Below, in pieces: positions 62,841 to 64,000 of a stretch of DNA of 64,000 nucleotides. Numbering within the stretch: position 1 is the stretch's first letter; every line of letters begins with the position of its first letter. The position numbers were made by a program, and so were the translations under genes. Origin of the DNA: an uncultured bacterium. Lineage in GTDB: Bacteria > Bacillota_I > Bacilli_A > RF39 > UBA660. The notes under the pieces are model-generated. The model saw only the letters and a program-made list of their open reading frames with translations, was not told the origin of the DNA and made no database searches. The DNA lies in the NCBI GenBank assembly GCA_949293285.1, contig CASFCU010000017.1, positions 2,432 through 66,431 of the forward strand, in the 5' to 3' direction.

Positions 62841-63593
62841 ATGTATATTGATACACATTGTCATTTATCAAAAGAAGACTATCAAGATATAGATAAAGTA
62901 ATTAACAATGCAAAAAAAGCAGATGTTAATAAAATCATCATCAGTGGATGTGATAAAAAAAGTATAAAAGAATCAATAGAAATAATAGAAAAATATTCCA
63001 ATGTATATTTATCTTTAGGATATCATCCAAGTGAAGCTGATCTCATAGAAGAAAAAGATCTAGACGAATTAAAGAAAATAATTAAAAATACAAATAAAAT
63101 AGTAGCATTAGGGGAAATCGGTTTAGACTATCACTGGAATAAACAAAATAAAGAAAAGCAAATTTGGTTATTCGAAAAAATGTTAGATATAGCAAGAGAA
63201 TTAAAATTACCTGTAGTAATTCATTCAAGAGATGCATTTCAAGACACCTATGATATATTAAAAAAGAGCCAATGTAAAGGAGTGATTCACTGCTTTAGTG
63301 GTAATATAGAAAATGCAAAAATGTATATATCCATAGGTTTTTCTCTAGGAATTGGTGGTGTATTAACATTTCAAAATTCAAAATTAAAAGATGTAATAAA
63401 AGACATAAGTATAGATAAAATAGTTTCTGAAACAGACAGTCCTTATCTTGCTCCGGTACCATATCGTGGAACAAAAAATGAACCAAAAAATATTCCAATC
63501 ATTGTAGAAGAAATTGCAAAACACAAAAAACTAAACATAGAAGAAGTAAGGTCGAAAATAGAACAGAATGTCAAAGAAATATTCAACATATAG
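62841..63593 (+). CDS. tatD: TatD-family deoxyribonuclease
   Basis: IDTHCHL, GEIGLDY, IHSRDA, IHCFSG and ETDSPYL motifs; start set at ATG 62841 after AGGAG. Confidence 0.95.
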   Translation: MYIDTHCHLSKEDYQDIDKVINNAKKADVNKIIISGCDKKSIKESIEIIEKYSNVYLSLGYHPSEADLIEEKDLDELKKIIKNTNKIVALGEIGLDYHWNKQNKEKQIWLFEKMLDIARELKLPVVIHSRDAFQDTYDILKKSQCKGVIHCFSGNIENAKMYISIGFSLGIGGVLTFQNSKLKDVIKDISIDKIVSETDSPYLAPVPYRGTKNEPKNIPIIVEEIAKHKKLNIEEVRSKIEQNVKEIFNI

Positions 63594-63650
63594 CAAAAAT
63601 TGACTAACAGTGTAATTTATGTTAATATTCTAGGTATAGAGGTGAGTGTT

Positions 63651-64000
63651 GTGAAACGAGTATTACCCATGTTAAGAAATGAAATATTAGTACTACTATA
63701 TGTCCTATTAATATTTCTAATTTTATTAAGAGTAGGAAAAATACAAAAAATAACTACTTACAACATATCTGGAGTTAGCTCATTAAAATCATCACACCTA
63801 ATAACAGAATATAAGGAAGAAACAATTCCAGAAGAGTTACATAAATATAGAATAACATCATATTATCCAGGAGATGAATGCAATAGTGGGTACTGTACAG
63901 GAACGGGACTTTGTACAGATGATTTCGAAATCAATGAGCATGGATGGTATACTTATAATGGAAAACTCGTGATAGCAGCAGCAACAACTTATCTTCAAAA
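63651..64000 (+). CDS. Membrane-anchored protein, possibly 3D/RlpA-like; runs off the window edge
   Basis: GTG after GAGGTGA; open frame with an N-terminal TM helix then YRITSYYPGDEC...TGTG...VIAAAT; occupies the yabE position after tatD. Confidence 0.55.
   Translation, partial: MKRVLPMLRNEILVLLYVLLIFLILLRVGKIQKITTYNISGVSSLKSSHLITEYKEETIPEELHKYRITSYYPGDECNSGYCTGTGLCTDDFEINEHGWYTYNGKLVIAAATTYLQ

Overview
Replication-origin region of a very AT-rich Bacillota (Firmicutes) chromosome. The compact gene set resembles genome-reduced gut Bacilli such as the RF39-like lineages; this is inferred from gene content, not from a database match. Gene orientation flips at about 40.1 kb, where a bipartite oriC flanks dnaA. 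The left arm carries rpmH-rnpA-yidC-jag-mnmE-mnmG-rsmG-noc-parA-parB, ychF, rpsF-ssb-rpsR, divIC-tilS-ftsH, dusB, clpC, prfB (programmed +1 frameshift) and ftsEX plus an M23 peptidase. It ends in a small redox cluster (FIST protein, aldehyde dehydrogenase, LysR, SDR, aldo/keto reductase). The right arm carries dnaA-dnaN-comK-recF-gyrB-gyrA, a minimal SRP RNA, tadA, dnaX-ybaB-recR-bofA-holB-ricT, pth, mfd, spoVT, a Met T-box, dut, metG and tatD. The most unusual observations are: (1) a 4-kb ABC-exporter island bracketed by a 117-bp duplication of the clpC 3' end, with a 66-bp inverted-repeat mini-element flush against one boundary; (2) an IS110 recombinase stub in that island that keeps a structured, bridge-RNA-like upstream region; (3) two 49-bp composite repeats joining a DnaA-box variant, parS and an unexplained 12-bp motif, next to a Noc-binding site; (4) FtsH with a C-terminal Rho_N-like module; (5) Noc with a ~200-aa low-complexity insertion; (6) dUTPase placed under the Met T-box; (7) comK at the dnaN-recF position. 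No tRNA, rRNA or CRISPR array was seen.
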